A program made the translations under genes and the position numbers. Positions 18,959 to 29,232 of a stretch of DNA of 64,000 bases are shown piece after piece (the stretch's first letter is position 1; the number at the start of each line of letters is the position of its first letter). The notes under the pieces are model-generated. The model was given only the letters and a program-made list of their open reading frames with translations, was not told the origin of the DNA and searched no databases. Origin of the DNA: an uncultured delta proteobacterium (lineage in GTDB: Bacteria > Myxococcota_A > Polyangia > Fen-1088); assembly GCA_963796685.1 (NCBI GenBank), contig CAWCMR010000025.1, positions 1,760,001 through 1,824,000 on the forward strand, read 5' to 3'.

Positions 18959-20366
18959 ATGTCACAGCCCGCCAATGAAAAACGACAATCGGTGTCCGCT
19001 CTCACGGACGTCGCTCGTATGGGACCACGGTCGAGCAGGCTGGCGGCGATGCTATTTGGTGACCCGTCGAGCATCGGGCTCGAACACCGCATCTTCAGCG
19101 GCCTCATGCTGCTCACGACTCTGGCCGGACTATTCGCGACCGTTCAGAATCTGCTCATTGGCACGCAGATGTACATGGTCGCCTCCGGGGTGGTGAGCGC
19201 CGCGGCCGGTGCGACCGGCTATTGGCTGGGACGACGGGTGCGACGGTGGCGACGGATGCTGGCGCCGATCTTCGTGTTCTTCCTCGTCCTGCTTTCGGCC
19301 TGCTGGATCTCGCAGGCCGGTAGCAAGGGGACCATCGGCTACTACTTCTACCTTCTGGTCTGCTACCAGGTCTTGTTCTTCAGGGGGGCGCGCAAGGTCG
19401 TTTCGCTGGCCCTGACCGCAGTGACGATCGTGGTCCTTCTGCTCGTCGAGCGTCAGTTTCCCGCCGTCATTCTTTCCTACGCGACGCCCGGATTGCGATT
19501 CGCCGATGTGGCGTTCACGCTGCCCCTTTGTCTCTTCATGTTGGCGTTGTTCATCCACATCGTGTACGGGGAGTACCAACGCGAGAGGAATGCCAGAGAC
19601 GATCTCCTGCGCATGATGACCACGGAAAGAGACCGGGTCGAGCGCTCCATGCGGGACAAGCAGCGCTTGCTGACGGTCGTGTCCCACGACATCGCCAACG
19701 CCCTGACGGTCCTGCAAGGTGATATCTCGCTCGCGCGACTCGCCCGGCCGCCCGGCGCGCCGCTTGGCCAATCCACCCTCGAGCGGATGGACTACGCCTG
19801 CGCCAACATCGGGGAGATCATCGCCAGCGTGCGCATGATGGAAGCGGTGGAGCAGGGGCTGATGGAATTCAGCCCGAGACCCGTCGATCTGCAGACGGTG
19901 TTCAAGAATGCCGAGATTCTCTTCGCCGAGCGGCTGGCCAGGCGAAGGATGCGCATCGATCTCCCGGAGCCTCTCGAACGAGAACCGATTCGTCCTGGCC
20001 GATGCGAAGATCCTGGCCAATCACGTCTTCAACAATCTGATCTCCAATGCCATCAAGTTTTCCTACCCGGACTCCAGCATCGTGGTGACGGTCCATCGCC
20101 AAGGCGATCGCATCACCATCCAGGTCACCGATCGAGGGATCGGCATGCCGCCCGAGCTGGTGGCCAGCCTCTTCGATCTCGACGCCAAGACCACGCGCCC
20201 GGGAACCGACGGCGAGCCCGGCACCGGATTCGGAATGCGCACCGTGAAGAGCTTCATGGACCTGTTCGGCGGACAGATCGAGATCTCCTCGACCCCCGAG
20301 AGCTTGCGTCCGAACGATCACGGTACGACCGTGGGCATTCGCCTCAGGAGCGCGCAGCCTTTGTAG
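18959..20366 (+). CDS. Multi-TM sensor histidine kinase, split by a +1 frameshift near 19970
   Basis: H-box VSHDIANAL in the first frame; NNLISNAIKFS, DRGIGM and GTGFGM in the 19908..20366 frame. Confidence 0.85.
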
Positions 20367-20378
20367 TTTCCGGGACGA

Positions 20379-21461
20379 TCAGATTCTGCGCGCCGGTTGC
20401 TGCTGGGTCAGGCAGTGCAAGGTGCCGAAGCCGAGCACCAGATCCACGGCATGGATGCCGACGACCGGGCGGTCGCGAATGAGCTCGCCCAAGATGCCAA
20501 GTGCGACGCGATCCGCGGGATCGTTGAAAGTGGGGACGATGACCACGGCGTTGGAGATGTAGAAGTTCGCGTAGCTTGCGGGCAGGCGCCAATCGCCGTG
20601 GTAAAGCGGCGCGGGCACGGGCAGCGCGATGACCTCGGGACGGCTGCCATCCTCGAGGCGCACGTCTTCGAGCCGTTCCCAGTTGTCGCGCAGGGGCCGG
20701 TGGTTGACGTCGTGCTCGTTCTTTTCCTGGATGAGCACCAGGGTGTCGCGATTGACGAAGCGGCACAGATCGTCGACGTGGCCGTGGGTATCGTCGCCCA
20801 CGATACCGTGGCCGAGCCAGACCACGTTGCGGGCGCCGAGGTAGTCGTGGAAGACGCCGTCGTACTCCTCGCGGGTCATGCCGGGATTGCGGCACTGGGT
20901 CTTCTGATCGAGAAAACATTCTTCGGTGGTAAGCAGGGTGCCTCGGCCGTTGACGTCGATGCCGCCGCCCTCGAGCGCAACCATGCCACCGTCCACACCT
21001 GGGCGCGCGACCGGGAATATGCGCAAGCCCAGGCGCTTGGCGATGGTGGGTGCGAGGCGGTCGTCTTTGTGCCAGTTGGGGTACTTGGCCCAGGCCGTGA
21101 ACTTGAACTTGGCGACGGCCACTTCGGGCCGGAGGCCGGCCTTGCGCACGCAGATGGGGCCGAAGTCGCGCGACCAGCCGCGGTCGCTCGGGGTGCGAAA
21201 GAACTCCACGTTGGCCATGTTGGCGTGCGCGCGGACGAGGATCCGCCGCGCCTTGGCCTCGCGGGCCGCGGAATCGATCAAGACTCGGACCTTCTCGCCC
21301 TCGGCGATCTTGCGCACCATCTCGCCATAAACCCACTCGATGGCTGCCAACTTTCCCGGCCAATCGGTGCGGCAGTGGGGCCAGCCCAGCCAGGTCGCCT
21401 CGTGTGGCTCCCACTCGGCGGGCATGGCGAATCCGAGCTCAGCGGGCGGCTTGGCTTTCAT
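20379..21461 (-). CDS. aguA: Agmatine deiminase
   Basis: MPAEWEPH, WSRDFGP, LEGGGI, DDTHGHVDD, SYANFY and GTLHCLTQQQP motifs. Confidence 0.93.
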   Translation of the reverse strand: MKAKPPAELGFAMPAEWEPHEATWLGWPHCRTDWPGKLAAIEWVYGEMVRKIAEGEKVRVLIDSAAREAKARRILVRAHANMANVEFFRTPSDRGWSRDFGPICVRKAGLRPEVAVAKFKFTAWAKYPNWHKDDRLAPTIAKRLGLRIFPVARPGVDGGMVALEGGGIDVNGRGTLLTTEECFLDQKTQCRNPGMTREEYDGVFHDYLGARNVVWLGHGIVGDDTHGHVDDLCRFVNRDTLVLIQEKNEHDVNHRPLRDNWERLEDVRLEDGSRPEVIALPVPAPLYHGDWRLPASYANFYISNAVVIVPTFNDPADRVALGILGELIRDRPVVGIHAVDLVLGFGTLHCLTQQQPARRI

Positions 21462-22363
21462 CGTTCATCTCTGTCCATGAATCGGCGCTCGATCCCGGTG
21501 TAGGCGTCGATGCGGCGGTCGCGCAGAAAGGGCCAATTGCGGCGCACGTCCTCGATGCGGGCCGGATCCACCGCGCCGTAGAGGATTTCCTGACGGTCGC
21601 TTGCAGCCTCGGCCAGGACCACGCCCTGCGGGTCGCACAGGAAGCTTCCCCCCCAGAATTCCAGGCCGGGCGGGCCGGCCGGAGTTTCCGTGCCCACACG
21701 GTTGACCGCAGCCACGTACACGCCGTTCGCGATGGCGTGCCCGCGCTGGACGGTTCGCCAGGCGTCGCACTGGGCCACGCCCTGGGCGGCTTTTTCGGCC
21801 GGGTGCCAGCCGATGGCCGTGGGGTAGAAGATCACGTCGGCCCCGCGCAGGGCCACCAGGCGAGCCGCCTCGGGAAACCACTGATCCCAGCAGATGAGCA
21901 CGCCGAGGTTGCCGAACTCGGTCGGGAAGATCCGAAATCCGAGATCGCCGGGCGTGAAATAGAACTTCTCGAAGTAGGCCGGGTCGTCGGGAATGTGCAT
22001 CTTGCGGTACGTGCCCAGGATCGCGCCGTCGGTGCCGATGACCGCGGTCGTGTTGTGGTACAGGCCGGCGGCACGTCGTTCGAACAGGGAGGCGACGACC
22101 ACCACCGCGCTACGGCGCGCCTCCCAGCCCAGGGCTTCGGTGCTGGGGCCAGGGATCGACTCGGCCAGCGCGAACAGGGACGCGTCTTCCTTCTGGCAGA
22201 AATAGTGCGAGCGGAAGAGCTCGGGTAGACACACCACCTTGGCGCCGTGGCTTGCGGCTTCGCGGATCTTCGCGCAGGCGGCGTCGAGGTTGGCGGCGGG
22301 ATCGGCGGACATCGCCATTTGCACGAGGGCGATCGGGTAGGGCGCGCGGGCTTGCATGGGCAC
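21458..22363 (-). CDS. aguB: N-carbamoylputrescine amidase (carbon-nitrogen hydrolase)
   Basis: E-K-C triad: CLPELF, YRKMHIPDDP, LICWDQWFPE; WPFLRDRR; coupled to aguA. Confidence 0.88.
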   Translation of the reverse strand: MPMQARAPYPIALVQMAMSADPAANLDAACAKIREAASHGAKVVCLPELFRSHYFCQKEDASLFALAESIPGPSTEALGWEARRSAVVVVASLFERRAAGLYHNTTAVIGTDGAILGTYRKMHIPDDPAYFEKFYFTPGDLGFRIFPTEFGNLGVLICWDQWFPEAARLVALRGADVIFYPTAIGWHPAEKAAQGVAQCDAWRTVQRGHAIANGVYVAAVNRVGTETPAGPPGLEFWGGSFLCDPQGVVLAEAASDRQEILYGAVDPARIEDVRRNWPFLRDRRIDAYTGIERRFMDRDER

Positions 22364-22441
22364 TCTTTACCTCAACCGCGAGGATCTTTCTATGTGGTGG
22401 CGTGCTTGACGAAGCCCTGTCCATCGGGGAGAAGGTGCAGG

Positions 22442-23140
22442 GTGAGCATCGACATTCGCGGAAGATGGGCCTTGGTCACGGGCAGCAGTCGCGGCATCGG
22501 CCGCGAGATCGCGCGCGGCCTGGCAGCCAAGGGTTGCAACGTCGTCCTGCACGGCCGCAGGCCGGAACACAACGCCAGCCTGGCCGACGAGCTCGGCAAG
22601 GGGGTCAAGGTCGCCGTGGTCGCAGCCGAGCTCGCCACCGAGGCCGAGGTGGATCGCCTGATCCGCGAGGCACAAGCCGCGAGTGGCGGCATCGACGTGC
22701 TCTACAACAACGCGGCCATCATGACGCCATTCCGCCAAGACTGGGCCACCGTCACCGCCGACGACTATCGGCGCAGCTTCGAGGTCAACGTCATCGCGCC
22801 CATCCGTATCACCCACGGTCTTCTGCCGGGCATGCTGCAGCGGCGCTTCGGTCGCATCGTGCAGGTCACCTCCGGGATCCGCGATCAGCCCGAGCTCATG
22901 GCTTACGCGGCTTCCAAGGCGGCCCTCGACAAGTTCGTGCGCGACACGGTCGTCCGCCTGCGCGACACCGGCGTGACCATGAACCTGCTCGATCCCGGCT
23001 GGCTGCGCACCGATCTCGGCGGCCCCAACGCTCCCAATGCCGTCGAGTCGGTCATGCCCGGCGCCCTGGTCCCCGCCCTGGTCGAAAACGACGTGCAGGG
23101 TGCGTGGTTCAGTGCGCAGGAGTATGCCAAGAAGGCCTGA
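22442..23140 (+). CDS. SDR family NAD(P)-dependent oxidoreductase
   Basis: TGSSRGIG, NNAA, YAASK and PGWLRTD motifs; GTG start. Confidence 0.9.
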   Translation: MSIDIRGRWALVTGSSRGIGREIARGLAAKGCNVVLHGRRPEHNASLADELGKGVKVAVVAAELATEAEVDRLIREAQAASGGIDVLYNNAAIMTPFRQDWATVTADDYRRSFEVNVIAPIRITHGLLPGMLQRRFGRIVQVTSGIRDQPELMAYAASKAALDKFVRDTVVRLRDTGVTMNLLDPGWLRTDLGGPNAPNAVESVMPGALVPALVENDVQGAWFSAQEYAKKA

Positions 23141-23143
23141 GCG

Positions 23144-23944
23144 TTACTTCTTGGGGAACAGATCTGCGACGAGGTCGGTGAAGACCTCGAACGAACGCTT
23201 GTCGGCCTTTTCGTTGTAGGCCGCGCCAGTCTTCGGGTCCGAGCCGGCGCCGATATCGGTGAAGCTGTGCACCGCGCCGCCGTAGACCGTCATTTGCCAA
23301 TCCACGTGGTTCGTGCGCATCTCGTTCTGGAAGGCCGCGATGTCGGCGGGCTTGACGTAGGGATCGTCCGCGCCTTGCAGGGCGACGACCCTAGCTTTGA
23401 TGTTCTTGCCGTCGGCGGGATTGGGGCTGTCGAGCCCACCGTGAAAGCTGACCACGGCCTGCACATCGGCGCCGGCGCGGGCCAGCTCGATCACTCCGGT
23501 GCCGCCGAAACAGTACCCAACCGCCACGATCTTGGCCGGGTCGACTTCCTTTTGCTCGCGCAAGACCTCCAGGCCGCGCAGCACGCGCTGGCGGAACAGC
23601 TTGCGATCGCCCTTGTACTTGCCCGCGAGCACCATCGCATCCTGCGCGCCCTTGGCACGAACACCCTTGCCATAGACATCGACGGCGAAGACCGCCAGCC
23701 CCAGCTTGGCCACGCGCTCGGCCTGCCTCTTGGTCTCGTCCGTCAGGCCGAGCCAGTTGTGCACCATGAGCACGCCGGGGATCTTGCCCTTGCCAGTATG
23801 CGGATAGACGAACAGTCCCTCGAAGCTCTGGTCGCCGATCCTGTACTCGACGGGTCGGCTCTTGACCGCAACCGTTCCGGCCATGGTCATCGGGGCAGCG
23901 GCAAGCAGGCTTCCAGCTGTCAGGATCGCTTGAGAAATCGTCAT
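23144..23944 (-). CDS. Dienelactone hydrolase family protein
   Basis: GYCFGG nucleophile elbow, SFHGGL, GADDP and HSFT motifs; GAGG RBS. Confidence 0.92.
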   Translation of the reverse strand: MTISQAILTAGSLLAAAPMTMAGTVAVKSRPVEYRIGDQSFEGLFVYPHTGKGKIPGVLMVHNWLGLTDETKRQAERVAKLGLAVFAVDVYGKGVRAKGAQDAMVLAGKYKGDRKLFRQRVLRGLEVLREQKEVDPAKIVAVGYCFGGTGVIELARAGADVQAVVSFHGGLDSPNPADGKNIKARVVALQGADDPYVKPADIAAFQNEMRTNHVDWQMTVYGGAVHSFTDIGAGSDPKTGAAYNEKADKRSFEVFTDLVADLFPKK

Positions 23945-24001
23945 CGTGTCACCTCGCTCACCTGCGGATGTAGATGCAGAGCTGTGTGACTTGGTGACAA
24001 A

Positions 24002-25249
24002 ATGCCACGGATGCTGGCCGTCCCGTCGACAACTTTCTTCCGCGCGAAGTGCCCGGCGATGCTCCTGGCCCTGGCCTGTGCGGGCAAACCGGCCGTGGCA
24101 CCTGCGTCGCCGATTTCCTCCGGACCACCCATCTTTCTGCATGCGCCAGAGGTGCTGGCTCGTCACAAGGCGCGCTTTCTGGCCGATCCACGGCATCCCG
24201 AGCCCGCGCTCGCGCGCCTGCTCGACGAAGCCCGCAAGGCGCGGACGGAAAAGCCGTTCTCGGTTACCGAGAAGACCGCGCTTCCACCGAGCGGCGACAA
24301 GCACGACTACCTGAGCCTGGCGCCCTACGCCTGGCCCGATCCCCGCAAGCCGGATGGGCTGCCCTATGTCAGCCGCGATGGGCAGAGCAACCCCGAGCGC
24401 GATAGCATCCCGGACCACGCTTACTTCGCGCGCATCGTGGCGCTGACCGAGACCCTGGGATTGGCCTACTACTTCACCAACGACGAATCGTTCGCCGAGC
24501 ACGCGGCGCTGCTACTGCGCACCTTCTTCGTCGAGCCGGCGACGCGCATGAACCCCAATCTCGACTTCGCGCAAGGCGTGCGCGGCAAGGAAGACGGGCG
24601 GGCCGCAGGCATCATCGACACGGCGGGCATGGCTCGCCTCGTGGATGGGGTCGGCTTGCTCGCGGGCAGCAAGTCGCTGTCAGAAGCGGATCGCGATGGG
24701 TTGCGTGCCTGGTTTCGCGACTACCTGACGTGGTTGCGCGCAAGCGAGCTCGGCCGCAGGGAAGGCCGAGCCGGGAACAACCACGGAACCTGGTACGACG
24801 TTCAGACGGTGTCGTTGGCGCTGGCTACAGGGCAGATCGAGCTGGCGCACGAGATCCTGCAGTTCAGCCGCAAGCGCCGCATCGGCCGACAAATCGACCC
24901 CGATGGCAGCCAGCCCGAGGAGCTGCAGCGCACGAGGTCCTGGCACTACGCGGTCTACAACCTGCAGGCCTTCGTCGAGCTGGCGAATCTCGGCGACTGC
25001 GCGGGCGTGGATCTGTGGCACTACCAAACCCCCGACGGTCGCTCGATCCGCAAGGCCATCGCGTGGCTAATCCCATTCGGCCTTGGCCAGAAATCCTGGA
25101 CCACGCCCGAAATCGGTGGCGTGAAAGCGGACGCCCTGTGGCCCATCCTGCGCGAGGCCGCATCGCGCCTGCAAGACCCGGGATTCGCGGAAGCCGCCGC
25201 GCACCTGGGCCGTCACCAGACCGACCGACTATGGTTGCTTGTCGAGTGA
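24002..25249 (+). CDS. Alginate-lyase-family (alpha/alpha-toroid) polysaccharide lyase, exported
   Basis: PPSGDKHDYLSLAPY.WPDP, TRMNPNL, GIIDT, NNHGTWYD and RTRSWHY motifs. Confidence 0.85.
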   Translation: MPRMLAVPSTTFFRAKCPAMLLALACAGKPAVAPASPISSGPPIFLHAPEVLARHKARFLADPRHPEPALARLLDEARKARTEKPFSVTEKTALPPSGDKHDYLSLAPYAWPDPRKPDGLPYVSRDGQSNPERDSIPDHAYFARIVALTETLGLAYYFTNDESFAEHAALLLRTFFVEPATRMNPNLDFAQGVRGKEDGRAAGIIDTAGMARLVDGVGLLAGSKSLSEADRDGLRAWFRDYLTWLRASELGRREGRAGNNHGTWYDVQTVSLALATGQIELAHEILQFSRKRRIGRQIDPDGSQPEELQRTRSWHYAVYNLQAFVELANLGDCAGVDLWHYQTPDGRSIRKAIAWLIPFGLGQKSWTTPEIGGVKADALWPILREAASRLQDPGFAEAAAHLGRHQTDRLWLLVE

Positions 25250-25301
25250 GGGAGGAATTCGCTGCCCTTGACATGGCGGACTTTGCCGCCATTCTCAGGT
25301 C

Positions 25302-26300
25302 ATGCGGGCATGGCTACTTGATGCGCTCACCGGCGTCGCGGCCTTGCGGCTTGGCGAGGTTCCGGATCCCAGGCCCCAGGCTGGCGAGGCCGTCCTGCGC
25401 ATCCACTACGCGGGGCTGAACCCGGCCGATCGCTATTTGGCCGAGCGCCAGTACCCGGCCAAGCCGCCCTTGCCGCACATTCTCGGCCGGGACGGAATGG
25501 GAACCGTGATCGAGGTGGGCCCCGGCGTGTCGGGCGTCTCCGTCGGCGATCGTCGCATCGTCCTGCGCGGAGATGTTGGCGTCGAGCGCGCCGGGACCTT
25601 CGCCGAACGCGTGGCGGTTCCGGTCGAGAGCCTGGTGGAAGTGCCGAGCGGGTGGGACGAGCCCGAGGCCGCGGGCGCGACCCTGGTCTACCTGACCGCG
25701 TACCAGGCGCTGACCATGTGGGGACCGCTTCCACCCTCTTCGCTGGTGCTGGTCACCGGCGCGTCGGGTGGCGTGGGCGTGGCCTCGGTGCAACTGGCTG
25801 TCGCCATGGGTTTCACCGTGGTTGCGCAATCGCGCAGCGAGGAAAAGCGCCAGCGCTTGCGCCAGCTCGGCGCCAGCCTCTGCCTCGACCCTGCGTTGCC
25901 CGATTGGCGCGTCGCTTTGAAGAAGACCCTCGCACCCCGCCGCGTGGATTTGGCCATCGACAACATCGGCGGCTTGCTTTTGCCCGAGGTCATCGAGACC
26001 CTGGGCGACGCGGGAAGAGTCAGCCTGGTCGGCCGTCTCTCCGGCCCGGTTCCGTCCTTCAACACCGCCGCTCTCTTCTTCCGCCGCATCCGCATGGGGG
26101 GCGTCGCCGTCGGCGCCAACACCAACGCCGAAAGCCGAGCCGGCTGGCAGGAAGTGCTCTCGCTGCTCGCGCGCGCGAACGCGCGACCGCTCGTCGACAG
26201 CGTCCTTCCCTTCGCAGAGCTGCGCGAGGCCTTCGCCCGCCTGGCGGCGGGGCCCATGGGCAAGGTGGTGCTCGAGGTGGGTTCGGCACTTGGGCGGTAG
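25302..26300 (+). CDS. NADPH:quinone oxidoreductase / MDR-family dehydrogenase
   Basis: GLNPAD, ILGRDGMG, YLTAY, VTGASGGVG and MGKVVL motifs. Confidence 0.9.
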   Translation: MRAWLLDALTGVAALRLGEVPDPRPQAGEAVLRIHYAGLNPADRYLAERQYPAKPPLPHILGRDGMGTVIEVGPGVSGVSVGDRRIVLRGDVGVERAGTFAERVAVPVESLVEVPSGWDEPEAAGATLVYLTAYQALTMWGPLPPSSLVLVTGASGGVGVASVQLAVAMGFTVVAQSRSEEKRQRLRQLGASLCLDPALPDWRVALKKTLAPRRVDLAIDNIGGLLLPEVIETLGDAGRVSLVGRLSGPVPSFNTAALFFRRIRMGGVAVGANTNAESRAGWQEVLSLLARANARPLVDSVLPFAELREAFARLAAGPMGKVVLEVGSALGR

Positions 26301-26371
26301 GTCGGCGGGCCCAGGTCGTCAGCCGACCGCCGCGTCGAGCTCCGCCAGAAGGTGCTGGGTCAGAAGGTCAG

Positions 26372-27514
26372 CTACGAGGCGGGGCCGAGCTTCTGTCGCA
26401 GCTGGCCTAGCGGCACATACTCGATCTCGAGCCGCTTTTCTCGTCGAGCATAGGACTTCGTCACCTGCGGGCTTACGACGAGATTTCTGCCTTTGGGGTA
26501 GCTCTGCCGGAAAGCGGAGATTCCTCGCGCTTCGAAGGCGTCAACGGCCCATTTGCACTCGATGATATCCACGTGCGCGCGGCCCCGAGGCAGCACGAAA
26601 TCCACCTCGCGCTGTTGTTTGTCTCGCCAAAACAGGACCGGATCGATTGGAATCGAGCGGAGTGTATCGAGAACCAGGTGTTCCCAGAGCAAACCGCAGT
26701 CCTCCGGGCGCAAGACATCCCACCCGCGTGCGTAGCACACGAAGCCGGTATCGAATCCGTAGAGCTTGGGCTGGGCGATGATCTCGCGACGGCCACCCTC
26801 AGCATAGGGACGAACCAGGTGTGCAACGTGGGTGATTTGAAGAATATCGAGCCATGCCATGGCAGTTGGTCGGCTGACGCCAGCGTGCTTCGCCAACGAT
26901 GTCACCTCCAACATGCCGCCACTTTGGCGCAGAACCAGCTCGACGAAACGCAGAAAGTCGCCCCGCTTATTCAGGCGGAACAGCTCTTGCACGTCGCGCG
27001 CAAAATACGAGTCGAGCCACTCGCCATAGAATTCCGAATCGCGTCCCTTCGCCAGCAGCGCCGGCGGCAGCCCGCCTTTGAGCAGCCGCTCGCGTAGGTC
27101 CAAGACATCGAATGCCGAAAGCTCTTCCGCCAGAATAGGGCACAGCTCGACGCTGCGTTTGCGCCCGGTCAGGCTGTCGCGGAATTTCTGTGTCGCGGCC
27201 AACGTGGACGAGCCCGTTGCCAGAATTCTCAGCTTGGGAAAGGCATCTGCGCCGATCTTCAGAACGCGGCTGGGATCCGAAAGCTGATGGATTTCGTCGA
27301 ACACGACCACGCGGGACCGCAGCGCTCTGTAGAAACTCTCTGGATCCCGCAGGCGCTCCTCCGTGCTGGGAAGGTCGCAATTGAGAAACTCGGCATCGTC
27401 AACGGCGCTGGCGAGCACGGTCTTTCCCGTTCGCCGCACCCCGGTCAGCCACACGATGCGCGCTCTTTCCCAACCCTTGCGCAAGCGCTCCACCCAGACA
27501 GGCCGATCGACCAT
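26372..27514 (-). CDS. AAA_14 + DUF4143 ATP-binding protein
   Basis: GVRRTGKT, FDEIHQ, ATGSS, LTGR, GGLP, KLYGFDTG and C-terminal WRDKQQREVDF...IECK (PD-(D/E)xK-like). Confidence 0.9.
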   Translation of the reverse strand: MVDRPVWVERLRKGWERARIVWLTGVRRTGKTVLASAVDDAEFLNCDLPSTEERLRDPESFYRALRSRVVVFDEIHQLSDPSRVLKIGADAFPKLRILATGSSTLAATQKFRDSLTGRKRSVELCPILAEELSAFDVLDLRERLLKGGLPPALLAKGRDSEFYGEWLDSYFARDVQELFRLNKRGDFLRFVELVLRQSGGMLEVTSLAKHAGVSRPTAMAWLDILQITHVAHLVRPYAEGGRREIIAQPKLYGFDTGFVCYARGWDVLRPEDCGLLWEHLVLDTLRSIPIDPVLFWRDKQQREVDFVLPRGRAHVDIIECKWAVDAFEARGISAFRQSYPKGRNLVVSPQVTKSYARREKRLEIEYVPLGQLRQKLGPAS

Positions 27515-27530
27515 GATAGGACTAGTTTAT

Positions 27531-27546
27531 ATATAGACGTCTATAT
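27531..27546. promoter_or_regulatory. Perfect 16-bp palindrome ATATAGACGTCTATAT, candidate operator
   Basis: Self-complementary and AT-rich; ends 16 bp before the AAA ATPase start; a degenerate copy lies near 28089-28104. Confidence 0.55.
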
Positions 27547-27574
27547 GTCAAGTATGGTTACGAGCCTCGATGCC

Positions 27575-27920
27575 CCCAAGCCGCCCTTGCCGCCCATCCT
27601 CGGCCGCGATGGCATGGGAACCGTGGTCGAGGTCGGCCCAGGTGTTGCGGGAATCGCCGTGGGTGTCCGGCGCATCGTCTCGGCGCCAACACCAATGCCG
27701 AAAGCCCTACCGGCTTGCAGGAAGTGCTCTCGCTGCTCGCGCGCGCGAACGCTTGTCGACAGCGTCCTTCCCTTCGATGAGCTGCGGGAGGCCTTCGCCC
27801 GCCTGGCCGCCGGCCCCATGGGCAAGGTGGTGGTCAAGGTCGATTCGGCAGCCGGGCGGTAGGTCGGCAGGCCCAGGTCGTCAGCCGATCGCCGCGTCGA
27901 GCTCCGCCAGAAGGTGCTGT
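27575..27920 (+). pseudogene. Internally deleted duplicate of the quinone oxidoreductase gene plus its 3' flank
   Basis: 27576-27679 resembles 25459-25562 and is joined directly to a copy of about 26110-26358. Confidence 0.85.
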
Positions 27921-28005
27921 CAGGGCAGGACCTCCACACCGTCGACGATGCGGGGCACACTGAAGCATCCTGTGGTCAAAGTGCGCGGCATCTTAACCGG
28001 ACGCT

Positions 28006-28122
28006 CACACGATGCGCGAACTTTCCCAACCCTTTCGCAAGCGCTCCAACCAGACAGGCCGATCACCGACCGTGGTCGGAATGGTCTCTATATGGACGTC
28101 TATGTGACCAGGTTGGGTTACG
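28006..28122 (-). pseudogene. Remnant copy of the AAA ATPase 5' end and upstream region
   Basis: Resembles 27450-27562 (encodes DRPVWLERLRKGWESSRIV). Confidence 0.8.
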
Positions 28123-28416
28123 GCGGCGTTGTTGGTCTTCTTGCAGCCGTGCTGCTTGGCCAGCTGGTTATGCCATGCCCGCAGCGTCTCGAGGTGCGTG
28201 GCATCCAGCTCCAGCCGCTCGGGTCCGCTCTTCGGCCGCATGGGGCCGCCGTAGCCCGTGCAGCGCTAGCCTGCAAGGGCCGCGCGCATCATATCCACGC
28301 GGCCCTTCAGGCGTTCGGGCGACGAGAACAAAACGCTTGCCACGGAGCCAGCACGCCCTCAAGATCGGCTGCCATGTTGCCCGTCGAGCTTACGAAGAAA
28401 TGAAAGGAAAAGAGCG

Positions 28417-29232
28417 ATGCCGAGGCACAGATGGTTTGGGGTCCTCCTAGTGTTGCCCTTGTTGCTGGTGGCAACAACCAGCAGCGCATCGAGCTCCCGC
28501 CAGGCCAAGGAACGAGCGGCTCGGAAGGCTTGCCTGAACGGCGACTACGCCAAGGGAGTTTCGCTGCTGTCAGATCTGTTCCTCGACACCAGGGATCCGA
28601 CCTACATTTTCAACCAAGGCCGTTGCTTCGAGCAGAACCGGCGTTATGAAGACGCCGTCGCCCGCTTCGAGGAGTACCTGCGCGCGGCGGACAACCCAAG
28701 GCTAGACGAGGCTGATAAGGCTGCCGCCGAGAAGCACATTGCGGACTGCAAAGAGATCCTGGCCCAGCAGTCGGGCAAGGCCCTGGCGCCTGTCGCGTCT
28801 CCGCCGGTAGCACCGCCTCCGGTTGCTCTCACTCCCTCTCCCCCTGCCCAGCCAGATTCCTCCACGGCTATAGTCATCGCGCAGTCGTCCCCACAGCGTT
28901 CCGATGGCGCAAGGTGGCGGACCGCGGGAATCATCACTGCCTCGGCAGGGGCTGCGGCGCTGATCGCAGGCGTGGCTTTGAACCTAAAGGTCAACAGCAT
29001 GGCAAGCGACATGGAACTGCCGGGAAACTACTCCGCCGGGAGGGAATCTGATCGCAAGACCTATGAAACCATGGGCTGGGTCAGCTACGGAGTGGGGGCT
29101 GTGGGCGTCCTAACCGGCTCTGTCTTGTATGTCATGGGGCGGAGCGCCCGGCCCAGCCCGCCGACGCCGTTGGCCATCGTTCCGGAGCTGGGACCGGGAC
29201 ACGCTGGCGCCGTTCTTGAAGGAGCTTTCTGA
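28417..29232 (+). CDS. TPR-like exported protein with C-terminal membrane/beta tail (myxobacterial type)
   Basis: ARKACLNGDYAKGV...YIFNQGRCFEQNRRYEDAVARFEEYL, Pro linker, two hydrophobic segments and a LEGAF end; coupled to the next gene. Confidence 0.75.
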   Translation: MPRHRWFGVLLVLPLLLVATTSSASSSRQAKERAARKACLNGDYAKGVSLLSDLFLDTRDPTYIFNQGRCFEQNRRYEDAVARFEEYLRAADNPRLDEADKAAAEKHIADCKEILAQQSGKALAPVASPPVAPPPVALTPSPPAQPDSSTAIVIAQSSPQRSDGARWRTAGIITASAGAAALIAGVALNLKVNSMASDMELPGNYSAGRESDRKTYETMGWVSYGVGAVGVLTGSVLYVMGRSARPSPPTPLAIVPELGPGHAGAVLEGAF

